A stretch of DNA of 64,000 nucleotides from the human T2T-CHM13v2.0 reference genome, Homo sapiens. Where the stretch lies: the NCBI RefSeq assembly GCF_009914755.1, contig NC_060927.1; one strand, written 5' to 3'. The position numbers and the translations under genes are program-made. Positions 19,383 through 50,088 of this stretch are shown here, in pieces (positions within the stretch are counted from its first letter, which is position 1; every line of letters begins with the position of its first letter). The notes under the pieces are model-generated. The model was not told where the DNA came from and did no database searches. It saw nothing but the letters and a program-made list of their open reading frames with translations.

Positions 19383-20474
19383 TAGGACTACAGGCACACG
19401 CCACCATGCCCAGCTAGTTTTTTTTATATATTGTTTATTTTTTGTAGAGACAGGGTCCCACTGTATTGCTCTGATTACAGGTGTGAGCCACCCTACCCAG
19501 CCTACTGGGGCTTCTAAAGCAGCAAGCAGGGATTTAAAAATACCTTTAGGCTATCTTATCTGAGATGCCTGATTGATCCTTGAAGTAGAAGGTGTGTTCA
19601 GCCAGTCTGACCACTTGGCTCCAGTCCCCTTTGATGTTCCTGATACAGAGAAGAAGGTTCATTACCTCAGTGGCAAGGGTGTGGCCATCCCAAGGCTGAT
19701 GATTACATAAGAAGATGCCACTCTGCCTGGGCTGAGGTTAGGAAGTGGGTAGGGTAGGTAGGGAAGAGAGATGCTGGGTTTTCCATATAAGCCTTTTTTG
19801 TATTCTTTGACCTTTTTTTTTTTTTTGAGACGGAGTTTCGTTCTTGTTGCCCAGTCTGGAGTGCAATGACGCGATCTCGGCTCACCGCAACCTCCTCCTC
19901 CTGAGTTCAAGCGATTCTCCTGCCTTAGCCTCCTGAGTAGCTGGGATTACAGCCTAATGCCACCATCATACCCGGCTAATTTTGTATTTTTAGTAGAGAT
20001 GAGATTTCTCCATGTTGGTCAGGCTGGTCTCAAACTCCCAACCTCAGGTGATCCGCCCACCTTGGCCTTCAAAAGTGCTGGGATTATAGGCGTGAGCCAC
20101 CGCGTCCGACATATTCTTTGCCTTTTAAGCCACTGAGTATACATGGCTTTTTTTTTCTTTTTTGAAACAGAGTCTCACACTGTCACCCAAGGTGGAGTGC
20201 ATGGCACAATCGCAGTTTACTGTAGCCTTAATCTCCATGCTCAAGTGACCTCCCACCTCAGCCACCCAAGTAGCTGGGAATACAAATGCATGCCACCATG
20301 CCCAGCTAATTTTTGTATTTTTTGTGGAGACAAAGTTTCGCCATGTTGCACAGGCTGGTCTCGAACTCCTGGGCTCAAGCAATCCGCCTGCCTCAGCCTC
20401 CCAAAGTGCTGGGATTACAGGCATGAGCCACTGCACCTGGCTGAGCATGTACCACTTTAATAAAAATAAAATTA

Positions 20475-25151
<4,677 letters not shown>

Positions 25152-25519
25152 TATATTTATAAATAAATACTCACGCATGCAGAGAATAGTGCCCATCCCA
25201 TGGGGTTTGCAAGGATTACATGAGCTAAGGGATGTGAAGGGCTTAGCCTAGCCCAGATGAGTGTTCAATATGAGTTGGCTTTTTCTTTTATTGCCATCTC
25301 TGTCCCATGGTTCCCTCTCAGCTGCTATTCATGGGAGGGAGATGGTAGGAACAGGTCCCTCTTGCCCTTTATCTCAGTATGCTGAAGCATCAGAGGCTTT
25401 GTCACTAGCTCAGGCACATGGCTTAACTGGTGATGCTACAAGCCAGGCCTCTGGTGACAGTTACTAATCCCTGTTGGGGCCAGAATTCTGCACTCAGCCC
25501 AGACTTCTGAGAGGAAGTA

Positions 25520-25700
25520 AGCACCTACTTTGTGCCAGGTCCTATGTTCAGCCTTCAAAGTATTCTCTCGACAGTCTAACAAGGTAGGGTAGGCATTATG
25601 CTCTATTTTAAACAGATGAGTAAGATGAGGCCCAGAGAAGTTAAATTACACATTCAAGGCTACTCAGCTACAAGAACAGTCCAGGCAGAGTTTCTGCTCT
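25520..25700 (+). mobile_element. MIR
   Basis: gcacctactttgtgccagg..acagatgagtaagatgaggcccagagaagttaa. Confidence 0.75.
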
Positions 25701-25968
25701 CCTCTATCAAAAAGGAGGCACAGAAGTGAACATTCCACCAGCACCCCAAGGACACTCCCCGACCCCACAACCTCAGCAGCCTAATGGAAAGGCCACCTTG
25801 GAGGACTGCCTCTTCTTCCCAGGGGGGCTGGAGTAGCTTGGTGGTTCCACCAGGTCTGTTTGGACACTTGCCCTGGGGAAGAATGAGAAAGCATTGGCTG
25901 GGTGCGGTGGCTCACACCTGCAATCCCAGCACTTTGGGAGGCTGAGGCGGGTGGATCACCTGAGGTCA

Positions 25969-26316
<348 letters not shown>

Positions 26317-26682
26317 TCACAAGGTCAGGAGATCGAGACCATCCTGGCTAACATGGTGAAACCCTGTCTCTATTAAAAATACAAAAAATTAGCTGGGCGT
26401 GGTGGCAGGCACCTGTAGTCCCAGCTACTCGGGAGGCTGAGTCAGGACAATGGTGTGAACCCAGGAGGCGGAGCTTGCAGTGAGCCGAGATTGCGCCACT
26501 GAACTCTGGGCAACAGAGCAAGACTCCGTCTCAAAAAAAAAAAAAAGAAAGAAAGAAAGTATGCCAATCCTCTCCTTAGGGGCCTGGGGCTGGGGCTGCT
26601 GGAGCGAAAGACCTGATTCTCCACAGACTCCAAGAGGTTTTCTCTTCCATTCCCCTGATCTCTCCCTTGCTCCTCCATCTAG

Positions 26683-26931
<249 letters not shown>

Positions 26932-27407
26932 TGATTCTCCTGCCTCAGCCTCCCGAGTAGCTGGGATTACAGGCATGCACCATCACGCCCTGCTAATTTT
27001 TGTATTTTTAGTAGAGATGGAGTTTCACCATGTTGGCCAGGCTGGTCTTGAACTCCTGACCTCAGGTAATCCACCCGCCTCGGCCTCCCAAATTGCTGGG
27101 ATTACTGGTGTGAGCCACCATGCCCAGCCCCTTTTTAAAATTACTTGATTTAGGGCCAGGCGCAGTGGCTCACGCCTGTAATCCCAGCACCTTGGGAGGC
27201 TGAGGCAGGTGGATCACCTGAGGTCAGGAGTTCGAGATCAGCCTGGCTAACATGGTGAAACCCCATCTCTACTAAAAATTAAAAAAATGGCCAGGCGCGG
27301 AGGTACGCGCCTGTAATCCCAGCATTTTGGGAGGCCAAGGCGGGCGGATCACGAGGTCAGGAGATGGAGACCATCCTGGCTAACACAGTGAAACCCCGTC
27401 TCTACTA

Positions 27408-27764
<357 letters not shown>

Positions 27765-28569
27765 TTATTTGATTTAATTTAATTTATTTATTTGGAGACA
27801 AGATCTCTCTCATCCAGGCTGGAGTGTAGTGGTGTGATCTTGGCTCCTGCAGCCTCCACCTCTCAGCCTCAAGCAATCCTTCTACCTCAGCCTCCCAAGT
27901 AGCTGGGACTGCAGGCATGTGCCACCACGCCTGGCTAATTTTGGTCTTCCTTGTAGAGACAGAATTTTGCCACGTTGCCCAAGCTGGTCTCGAACTCCTG
28001 GGCTCAAGCGATCTGTCCCCCTTGGCTTCCCAAAGTGCTAGGATTACAGGTGTGAGCCACCACACCTGACCCAGTCCTCCCACTTTCAATTTAGGCCACC
28101 ACCATCTCCCCAAAGGGGCCATTGTAGAGTTTCCCCATCCCCAGGCTTCTACTCTTAGTGCCCTTATGGTCCATTTAAATTGCAATTTGTCTTAGACTTT
28201 CATGTGGCTTACAAGTTCCCATGTGGCCCTGGCCCCATCTCCAGCCTTGCCTCTTTGCACCTTATCCTGGAGTTCCCATCTCTTGGCCTTTGCCTATGCT
28301 GTTCCCCTTGCTCAGAATCCTCTCCTGTATCTTTCACCCAGCCCCAACTTCTGGCCCTGGCCTGTCCTGTCTGTTCCCTTCTGTCCTTTACCTCAGCATA
28401 GGTTGGGAGCCTGCCTGGCTACTCTTGCCTCAATAAGGACCATTGTAATAGTATCCAGAACGCTTGAAGCTCCTATAAGCAAAACAAGGAGCCGATTGTA
28501 AGGATTGTAAAGAACTGATTGTATGGGGGTGTTCTTTAGACTCCACAGCCAACAACCCTAGTCCTTTCC

Positions 28570-28730
28570 TCCTCCCTCCTCTGGGACTCTCAGCCCAATG
28601 CTTTCTGCCTGGTTGCTTCATAGCTCCCTGCATCTTTGAAACTTGACTCAAAATCCTGGGATATAGAATAGAATTGGCCCACCTGTAATGAGGTAATCTC
28701 CCTGGGCCACTCAGCTACTGGTAGGGAACT
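28570..28730. mobile_element. Possible MLT1-type MaLR LTR fragment
   Basis: aaaatcctgggatatagaatagaattggcccacctg..aggt resembles the MLT1 gattggcccagc motif; highly diverged. Confidence 0.4.
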
Positions 28731-29302
28731 AAGACTCACAAGACACACAGGGTCTCCAAGCCTCAATCCTGAGTGGGTAAGCAGTTTTACAGAGGGGAAG
28801 ATGGGCTAAAAAGACCCCAAAGGTGTCTCCTATAGCTCCTTCAGGGAGTATTTACCTTGTGCTCCCCTCTTGCAGTGGTGTAACTACCACTGCCTGCTGC
28901 TGTTCTAACTCCTCCAATGGACATTTAGGCTTAGGACAGAAGCCAAGTGGTATAAATCCATCTCCAGGACCAAAATGAAATTTACCCAAAAAGTATTTGT
29001 GGGGTGAAGTGCAAAGAAAGCACAGAAAAAGGGCTGGCCTTCAGGTTCTTGGAGCCATCACAAAACAGGTCATGTTTGGGCTGGGCATTAGAGGGAGTAG
29101 ATTTACTAGCTGGGAGGGAAAGATGACCCTCTGGCTTGAACTGGACCAGTCACACATTACTGTGCATCCAACCCATTGGGTGACTGCTATGGGATTAGGA
29201 TAAGGCCTGGAAATGGGTGAGGAGTGGCCAAAGGAAGGATTTGACTCTTAAGTGTCTGAGCCAAATATTTCCTTTTCTGAACCCCCCTTCTCACAGGAGT
29301 TA

Positions 29303-29500
<198 letters not shown>

Positions 29501-29503
29501 TCA

Positions 29504-29653
<150 letters not shown>

Positions 29654-30140
29654 TTAGGGACTGTGAGGTTTTCATCTCTGTATAACAAATCCCCTGGGTC
29701 TGTTGGGTGAAACTGAATCACCAGATGGTGAATGTGTGGGCAGTAGCAACCCTAATAACCTTTTCAATACATGCTCACAGAAGCCAATCCTTGTCCAGAT
29801 TTTAGGGCTACTGCAGTAGACTGACCTGGTCCCATCTGGAGCAATCAGACACAATTCCAGTAAGAATGGGATGCTACAATCTAGATAACTGCAAAAGTGC
29901 AGCTCAGTCTGGGGAACCCAGCTTACCTTATGTAATTGCTTTTTTTTTTTCGAGACAGGGTCTTGCTATGTTGCCCAGAGTACGGTGGCATAATCAAACC
30001 TCACTTCAGCCTCAAACTCCTGGGCTCAAGCAATCCTCCCATCTCAGCTCCCCCAAGTAGCTGGGACTACAGATGTGCACCATCACACCCAGCTATTATT
30101 TTTATTTTTGGTAGAGATGGGGTCTCACTATGTTGCCTAG

Positions 30141-30233
<93 letters not shown>

Positions 30234-30775
30234 TAGCACTTTAAAAAGTGTTTATAGGCCATTTCCCAATTTCTCGCCACTGTAAGCATGTTATTCCTGT
30301 TTTACAGATGAAGAACCTAGCTCAGGGAGGTTAAGTAGTTTGACCAATGTCACAAAGCATGTGAAAAAAGCTAGTCCCTCCCTCCCATCCCTAAGGAAGA
30401 TCCTTTCATTGCTTTGAGGGAGTTATGGCCCCTCCTAAACATCCTAAGTTCTCTCCAGACCTCAGAGCCTTATCAGTGGGAATCATTGCCCTTTCCTTCC
30501 TCAGAGAAACAGAAATTGTGTGCCTGCTATGCAGAAGGCATCGTCCCTCCTCCCTTACAAACACCTGCTCTCAGAAAAACACCAGCACCAGCATAGTGAG
30601 ACCTCGTCTCTACAAAAAAAAAAAAAAATTAGCCAGATGTGGTGCTGCACACCCGTAGTTCCAGGTACTCAGGAGGTTGAAGAGAGAGGATCAATTGAAC
30701 CCAAGAGGTCAAGCCTGCAGTGAGCTATGATCATGCCACTATACTCCGGCCGGGGTAATGAAGACCCTGTCTCTG

Positions 30776-30882
30776 GAAGAAAGAAGGAAAGAAAGAAAGA
30801 AAGAACGAGTGAGAGAGAGAGAGAAAGGAAGGAAGGAAGGGAGGGAGGGAGGGAGGGAGGGAGGGAGGGAAGGAGAGAGAAA
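30776..30882. repeat. Polypurine compound repeat (AAAG/GA/GGAA/GGGA)n
   Basis: Direct reading. Confidence 0.95.
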
Positions 30883-31064
30883 GCACCAGCATAACAGTCA
30901 TTTACCTCTGAAGTAAGTAAAGTAAATGCACCTACTTTCTCACTGTGTAACATATGCTTTATTTGAATTCACAGATCTGGGTTCAGTTTATGGTTCCACC
31001 AGTTACTGGCTGTAAGATCTCAGGTAGCTCAATCACTCTGAGCTTCAGTTTCCTTTTCTTTAAA

Positions 31065-38450
<7,386 letters not shown>

Positions 38451-38719
38451 AGCTGACCCTGCCACCAAAACTTTGGCTCTAAAGTGACTTGAGAGTGGCT
38501 ACTGACTGAGCTGTTGGGAATCACTAGGGATGGTACATCCTGGCCTTCCCAGACAAACCCTCAAGTCCAGCTAGGACTACCTCTCTCTTGTCTTTCCTAC
38601 ATCCATGCCTTTTGTCATGCTATTCTTCAATCCGAGTCCTCCTCACCCTTAAAAGGACTTCTTCAGCAAGTCTTCTTCCTTTCACTACACTCCCACCTTG
38701 TGCATTCGCGAAGTCAGTA

Positions 38720-42090
<3,371 letters not shown>

Positions 42091-42100
42091 AAAACCCCTG

Positions 42101-42118
42101 CCCCAGGTTTCGGCACCA
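42101..42118 (-). promoter_or_regulatory. Primer binding site, tRNA-Phe
   Basis: TGGTGCCGAAACCTGGGG vs canonical TGGTGCCGAAACCCGGGA (16/18), 2 nt after the LTR end. Confidence 0.92.
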
Positions 42119-42120
42119 GA

Positions 42121-42546
42121 TGAAAGTTCTTGTATCGGTTCAAACCCCGAGAGCACGCCAATGGACAACACGAGGCGGTGTGGAGCAACACACTGTTTTA
42201 ATGAGCGCCTGGGTGCAGGCGGGCTGAGGCCTAAAATGGCATCAGCCCCAAGTGAGGATGGGGCAGGGGTTTTATAGTCTCCTGTAAACAGGAAGTGTCC
42301 CAGTCTGACGTAACTGCTACGTGGTACCTGGGTGGCCTTTTTCTCGATCTTCAGAGTTACGTGTCTTCCGGCCAGGGGAGGTGTCTTCCGGCCTGGGTAG
42401 GTGTCTTCCGGCCGGCTCTCTTCCTGCTTCTGCTATCTTGCTGACGCACACTGCTAGCGCAAGTGGCCTTTTGCCTTGGGACTGGGCCTGAGAAGGGAGG
42501 AGTTACTCATCCCTTCAAGCTTTCAGGCCCTGGGGAGAATCTTTCA
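42121..42546 (-). mobile_element. 5' LTR, MER48-type (426 bp)
   Basis: Inverted termini tgaaag/ctttca; minus-strand TATAAA (42271-42276) and ATTAAA (42197-42202); followed by the PBS. Family assigned from the linked ERVH48 env. Confidence 0.88.
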
Positions 42547-42789
42547 CAGGGCAGTTATCTGGGGCTTCTCACTACACCTACACACCATGTTGCCCCCAAG
42601 TTCTGGTCCCTCTGCCTAGAATTCTTCTTCCCTGAGACTTTACATGGTTCTCGTTAGCATTCTTGGCATTCAGGATTCAGCTCACAGGACACCTCATTGG
42701 GTTGGTCTTACCCAATGCCTTCCCTCTTCCAACAGCCTCTCTCCCATACTGGTCTCTGTTTCGTGTTTTCAGAACTTATTAGAATTTGC

Positions 42790-43453
<664 letters not shown>

Positions 43454-44506
43454 TAGCCAGGATGGTCTTGATCTCCTGACCTCATGATCCGCCCGCCTTG
43501 GCCTCCCAAAGTGCTGGGATTACAGGCATGAGCCACCGTGCCTGGCCAGTGCCTGGTACATATTGGTACCCAGTAAATAGTTGCTGAATGGGGAATTTTA
43601 TGGCGTAGCAATTATGCTAGGCCGTCATTAGATACTGGGGTCGATTTTTAAAAAATCTCCTAGGACATTATAATCTGGGTGATGAGTGGTATACAAGCAG
43701 AAAAGGTAAAAATATCCCAAGAATGGGATGACTGTTGAAGAAAGCAATACAACCCTTTGTCACCTTGGAATCTGGTTCAGAGTGATCATGGCTTTGGCAT
43801 TCAGAAGTGAGGGGGGGCCATTAAGTGTGGCTGGTGGGTGCAGGATTGATCTAACTCTCACGGAATAAGCAGGAGGTGAAACAGATAAAATGAAGAGGGT
43901 GGCTTGAACCTGGGAGGTGGAGGATGCAGTGAGCCGAGATCACGACACTGCACTCCAGCCTGGGTGACAGAGCAAGACTCCATCTCAAAAAAAAAAAAAA
44001 AAAAAAAAATGAAGAGAGTGTTTTTCCATGTGTGTTTTCATGGTGATGAAGAAAACCTTGTTCTGGTTTCTGATTAACCAACAAGTCCCTGGTGAATTTT
44101 GCCTAATCCCAGAAGGGCAGTCCCAGATCTTTTAAACTCACTTAAAGGTATAGCCAACAATAGGCAGGTGTATGCATAAATCACTCTAGGGACTTCCCCT
44201 AATAGAACCAAATCTTTCTACAGGTGAATTTTGGGGTACCATGAATCTCAGAGGTTGTTGTGCGGGCATGACATCATCCAAGTAGTCAGGGAATTTCTAG
44301 AAGGGTGGGGAAACAGATGTTACAGAAGGACAATGCCATCCTGGGAGGAGGGAATGGAAGAGGCTTCCATCACCAGGGGAGCTAGCTCTGGCCTTTGTGG
44401 CTCCTACTTTAGTGACATGAGAAAGGTAAGTGTCTATGTTTTGGTGGTTGTGCCTTAAGTCTTTTAATTGGGGGCCAGGGGATGGGGGTGGGGGGATTAA
44501 CAATAG

Positions 44507-44508
<2 letters not shown>

Positions 44509-44543
<35 letters not shown>
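44509..44543. repeat. (TG)n microsatellite
   Basis: Direct reading. Confidence 0.97.
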
Positions 44544-44546
<3 letters not shown>

Positions 44547-45048
44547 TTAAATATATCTGGCCAACCTGACTGGTTTCTTTCTCCTCTCTTTGGTAGTCTC
44601 TGGGGCTTTCATGTGAACCTGTTTCAACTCCTGAGGCCAAATATGCTCTATGTGTCACCCGGAGAGTCCCAGCTAAGAGGCCAAATGAGTAAAATGCAAG
44701 ACATGAAGCTGGGAGGGGTCGGAATGCTGATCTGACCTCAGGCTGCTGGAGAGAAGTTAACTAGCTTTTTAAAATTTTTATTTATTTTTTTAAGAGATAG
44801 TGTCTTGCTATATTGCCCAAGCTGAACTTGACTTCCTGGGCTCAAGTGAGCCTCCTGCCTCAGCCTTCTGAGAAGCTGGGACTACAGAAATGTGCCACTG
44901 CACTTGGCTGGAACCAGCTTTTGAGGCATTCTTTGCCTCTGAAGAACCTAGGATGAAGTTCCTCTTACCTGAGGAAGCGGAGAAGCTTCCAGAGGCTTTG
45001 ACTGTGCTGCTTTCTAACCCATGAGCCTGCTGTTTCCAGAAGGAACAC

Positions 45049-45751
<703 letters not shown>

Positions 45752-46161
45752 ATAGCAAAGTGCCTTTTGACAGGCAGAACCCTTTCATTACCTCCAGAAA
45801 ATAATATAAATGAAAAATCAGGCATATATGTGTCTCAGAAGCCAAGGGGGTATGTAAAAATGGGAAATTTGAGAACACCTGAAAATTAGGATTTTTTTTG
45901 GAACACCTTCTGCAGATCTAAATTCCCATCAAGAGTTAGCTCCAAAAATAACCGCATCTGGTATCTTAGAGGTGTGAAGGCCTAGAAGAAAAGGAAAGTG
46001 GGGACGAGAAAGGAATTGCTATCCTCTTGATTTTATGAGTAAAATACAAAGCCTTCAAAGAAAGATGCACTTTTGTAATTTAAAACATCACTTTGTCGGC
46101 CAGAGGTGGTGGCTCACGCCTGGTGGCCCAGCACTTTGGGAGGCAGAGGTGGGCAGGATCA

Positions 46162-46414
<253 letters not shown>

Positions 46415-46989
46415 TTATTGGGAAGAGGAGAAGAGAACCTGAGGCTATAGTGGAGAGAGCCGTTACAGTCCCATCAGTAACTGGAGCCCACATGGCCACA
46501 TGGCAGTAATTCCCAACTTGAGGAAGGAGAACCTGCACCCTTAACCTCCACCTGAGTGTCAGCAATCAAGAAAGCCCCCTTTTGCCTCTGCTTCTCTTCC
46601 AGGGAATTCTGAAGACAGCTTCACTTAACAGGAAACAGGATGGTAGGTGGGGACCGAGGGTGAAAAAAGAAGAGTTACATGATGCGCATAATTTCAAGGG
46701 CCCTTGAGGGCTGAGCACAACCTATGTTGGAGGCAACAGTAGCAGCAGCATTGGCAGGATCAGTAACGATCGTACCCCGGTGTAGAGCTCCCTATCTCTG
46801 AGCTAGGTATTCGCATCACCTCATTCAATCCTAACAAGCCGCCTAGATTATTCCCAATGAGAAATGAGGAGAAACTGAGGCTCAATTGAGATGCTAAATG
46901 GCTGGCGAGTGCAAAACCATTCCGTTGGACCCACCCCTAGAACCATTCTCAGGCAGCTTCTGGCTTGGGATTTCTGTGCGGCATTCATT

Positions 46990-47800
46990 CCAGAAACGGT
47001 CCCATCCAGGCAGGAATCGCCGTACACCCGGCGCAGGGGAACGGCCTTCAGTCGGCTCTCAGCGGAACTTTCCTCTCCGCGGCGCGTGTTCCCGTCCGTG
47101 CGGTCGGGCGCGCGGGCCGGGAGGGGGACGCTTTCTGGCGCGGACCGTGAGCGGAGGCTGGCGAGCGCCGCCGCCGGTGGAGACCGACGCTTGGCCAGAG
47201 CCAGCCCGCGGCGCCCGGGCCTGGCCGGCTGCTTCCCGCCTCAGCCGCCGCCCCCGCCTCCGCCGCCGCAGACTTTGCCTAGGCGGGCGAAGCTGAACGT
47301 GAGGTCCCTCGGCCCTGCGCGGTCCGGCGCGGCCCGGAGCCGCGGCGCAGGAGGTGAGACGCCGGTGCCGGTTCCTCGCTCCCGGCCGGGGCCGCCGGGT
47401 CCCGCAACAATGGGGACCGACTGGAGACGCGGCCTGGGCCCCTGCCATGCAGTGGCTCGGGGCAGCTAGATGGACCCAGCGGCCCGGGCCTTCGGGGCAC
47501 GGGGTCCCCCACCCGGGAAACTCCAGTGGCCGGAGGCTTGGCGGGGGTCTTGGGCCTCGACCCGGGGCCTCAGTGGCTTGATATTTGAGGATTTCGTAGC
47601 CGGGGAAGGGAGTCGTAGGGACACGGAGACTTAACTGTTGCCCCTCTGCGCTTTTGGCTCTGGATGCTGGCGCCCCGGAGGATGACCAGAGCGCGGTGTG
47701 GGGTTGGGAAAGTATTTGGAATTTTAGGGGCTTCTGTGTGTCTAATCCCTAAGGCGCATCTGGATGCGTCTCCCCGACCCCCTCTCCTGAGGTCTGGGAA
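46990..47800 (+). promoter_or_regulatory. CpG island / RAD54L2 promoter
   Basis: Very high GC and CpG content, GC boxes, GCC runs, TATA-less. Confidence 0.9.
47157..47353 (+). other. RAD54L2: RAD54L2 exon 1 (5'UTR)
   Basis: GCAGGAG|gtgaga donor at 47354; no ATG in the exon; start approximate. Confidence 0.78.
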
Positions 47801-49333
47801 TTTGGCAGACTGGGGTCGGGCTGGGGCAGAAGAGGCATTGAGAGTTTAGCTTCCCTGAGGTAACTGGTGATTAGTTCCTGGAAAGGCAGGAGCTCAGCTG
47901 GGCACAAGAGAGTTAAGCAGAGAGCTGGATCCTCCGGGGCCCTGATGCACCCTGACGAGGAGTGGTTTTCAGGCAAGGAACTTATCACAGGAGTGAGTAG
48001 TGGCACACGGTGAGTAGTGCTAGCTGTCTTGTCGTTAGGGTGAGGCCGGTGGGAGTTGTGGTTTGGGGAGTGTAGAGGAGGGTTGATAGGCTACTGAGAT
48101 TGGAGAATCAGCTTTATGTGGGTCATGGTGGTGGCAGCCTGGGAGATGAACAAGGAAACTTTGCAGAGTGGGCTTCCTGATGGAGAGTGACCTCTTACTG
48201 CGTGGGAGTGGGTGACTCAGATCTGTTAGGATTCCTGTTGCTTGCTAGGGATTGTGGCTGACTATATTGGTGGCTGAACATTGAGGTGGATGCAACTGGA
48301 AGGGTTATGTGGGGCTGGATGAGTTTGTTCCCACGTAGAGGACAGTGTGGACCTTTCTTACTCCAAGTCAGAGTGGTGACTGTCATTGACAACATTTTAA
48401 GTAAGGAATTTCTTTGTGGTATTTGGATCCAAAGCTTTTCTCTGTTCATTTTTTTCTTTCCTCCGTTGTTTTTGAATTGTGACTCATACTTTCTTTTCAG
48501 CACTGTGGCTATTTGAAATGATAGACAAACTTAGACTTCATCATACATGTAAGTTCCAGGCGTTTTCAGTCCAATTCTTATAAATCTAAATTTAAAAGCT
48601 TCTTTTCACTAATTTGTGTACCATTGTTTAATGTGTGCAACACTAAAGAAGGATAAGAAAACTCTAACATTTATGTTGTTAAATGGTCTTTCCATCCTTA
48701 AATCCATGAAATTTCATCTTCTCTTACTGCCATGAAGTGAGTTCGTTGAATCTATTAAATCTTAGTGACTCTCATTTCAGCATCCTTGTTTACTCTCACA
48801 GGACATTGTCTTCACTAGAAGTATTATCCATCTTCAATGAATTTGGCCTGTACACTGTCTCCCTGTGACAATCTATATCATTGAAAGACAGTACGCAAAC
48901 TCCAACTCTGAGGCCTGCAGCTGTGGGCCGGAGCTCTGTATGTATTATTCAGGCAAAAGTTGGTGTGTTGTCTGTAGGTGAGGTTTAAAGGGAACCCTAC
49001 ATGAACAAAAACAGTATCAGAATCATTGTACCTTCTGAGTTTAGAGTGGTAGGAAATATAGCCTAACTGGAGTCTAGTATAAACTTTCAAGTGCAATGTT
49101 AGGTAATTCTGTTTGTAGTTGTACTGATAGTTCTCATTATTGTAAACATTATCTTTTTCCTTAAGCTTTAAATAATTATTTTTCTTCAATGGTATTCTTT
49201 CTTTCTTGGCTGGGTGTGGTGGCTAACGCCTGTAATCCCAACACTTTGGGAGGTCGAGGCGGGCATATCACATGAGGTCAGGAGATTGAGCCTGCATGGC
49301 GAAACCCTGTCTCTACTAAAACTACAAAAATTA

Positions 49334-49525
<192 letters not shown>

Positions 49526-50026
49526 TCATTCTTTCATAAACGAACATTTATTGCATTTTGCCAGGCACTGCTTTGGGCACCTCAAAAATGCTGATGATAT
49601 TTTTTAACATTTTGTTAGTGGTAGTTCCTGGTTTAGAGGTGGTTATAGGTCTATGAAGAAAGAAGTGATTCAGGTATATCAAGCTTTTAATCAGTAAAGA
49701 CATTGAATAAAGTTTTTATAATGTATTAATTTTGACTGGTGACAGTTAATTATCTTAACATCTCCATGGAAAAAGTTTAGCTATCACTGTGAGTTCATGC
49801 TGGTATGGGATTATTTTTGCACTATTTTATACACCTGTTAATTTTAAGTACTCCTGTAGACAAACCACAGGTAAAACATTTTGTTTTGGTGTATGTCTCA
49901 ACGAGCAGTGATTTACAAATACTATATGTGTTCAGATTCCCCAGGAAGCCATCACACTCCTTCCCACTGTGGTTTTGGGAGCATGAAGGCGTTGCTTATC
50001 CCCTATGTCTGGTTCACTGTATGTAG

Positions 50027-50088
50027 GCTGGGAGTGTCTGCTGATCACTTGGAGTGCTGTCCCTTGGAACAGGAGGAGTAAGATTGAG
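50027..50088 (+). other. RAD54L2: RAD54L2 exon 2 (62 nt, 5'UTR)
   Basis: ttcactgtatgtag|GCTGGG...ATTGAG|gtaagg; position relative to exon 1 fits recollection. Confidence 0.72.

Noticed and set aside
19590-19630. KWSDW in one minus frame resembling the cytokine-receptor WSxWS motif; faint RDM1/RAD52-like feel in another frame
   Set aside because: Motif incomplete and flanked by stops; similarity too weak to support without a profile search.
42101-42118. tRNA-Phe-like sequence as a tRNA gene
   Set aside because: Only the 18-nt 3'-end complement adjacent to an LTR, i.e. a PBS.
42361-42413. Regularly spaced repeat resembling a CRISPR array
   Set aside because: Eukaryotic LTR U3 tandem repeat with 7-nt near-identical spacers.
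46891-47581. 192-aa and other ORFs over the second CpG island
   Set aside because: GC-rich artefacts starting upstream of the likely TSS and running into intron 1.
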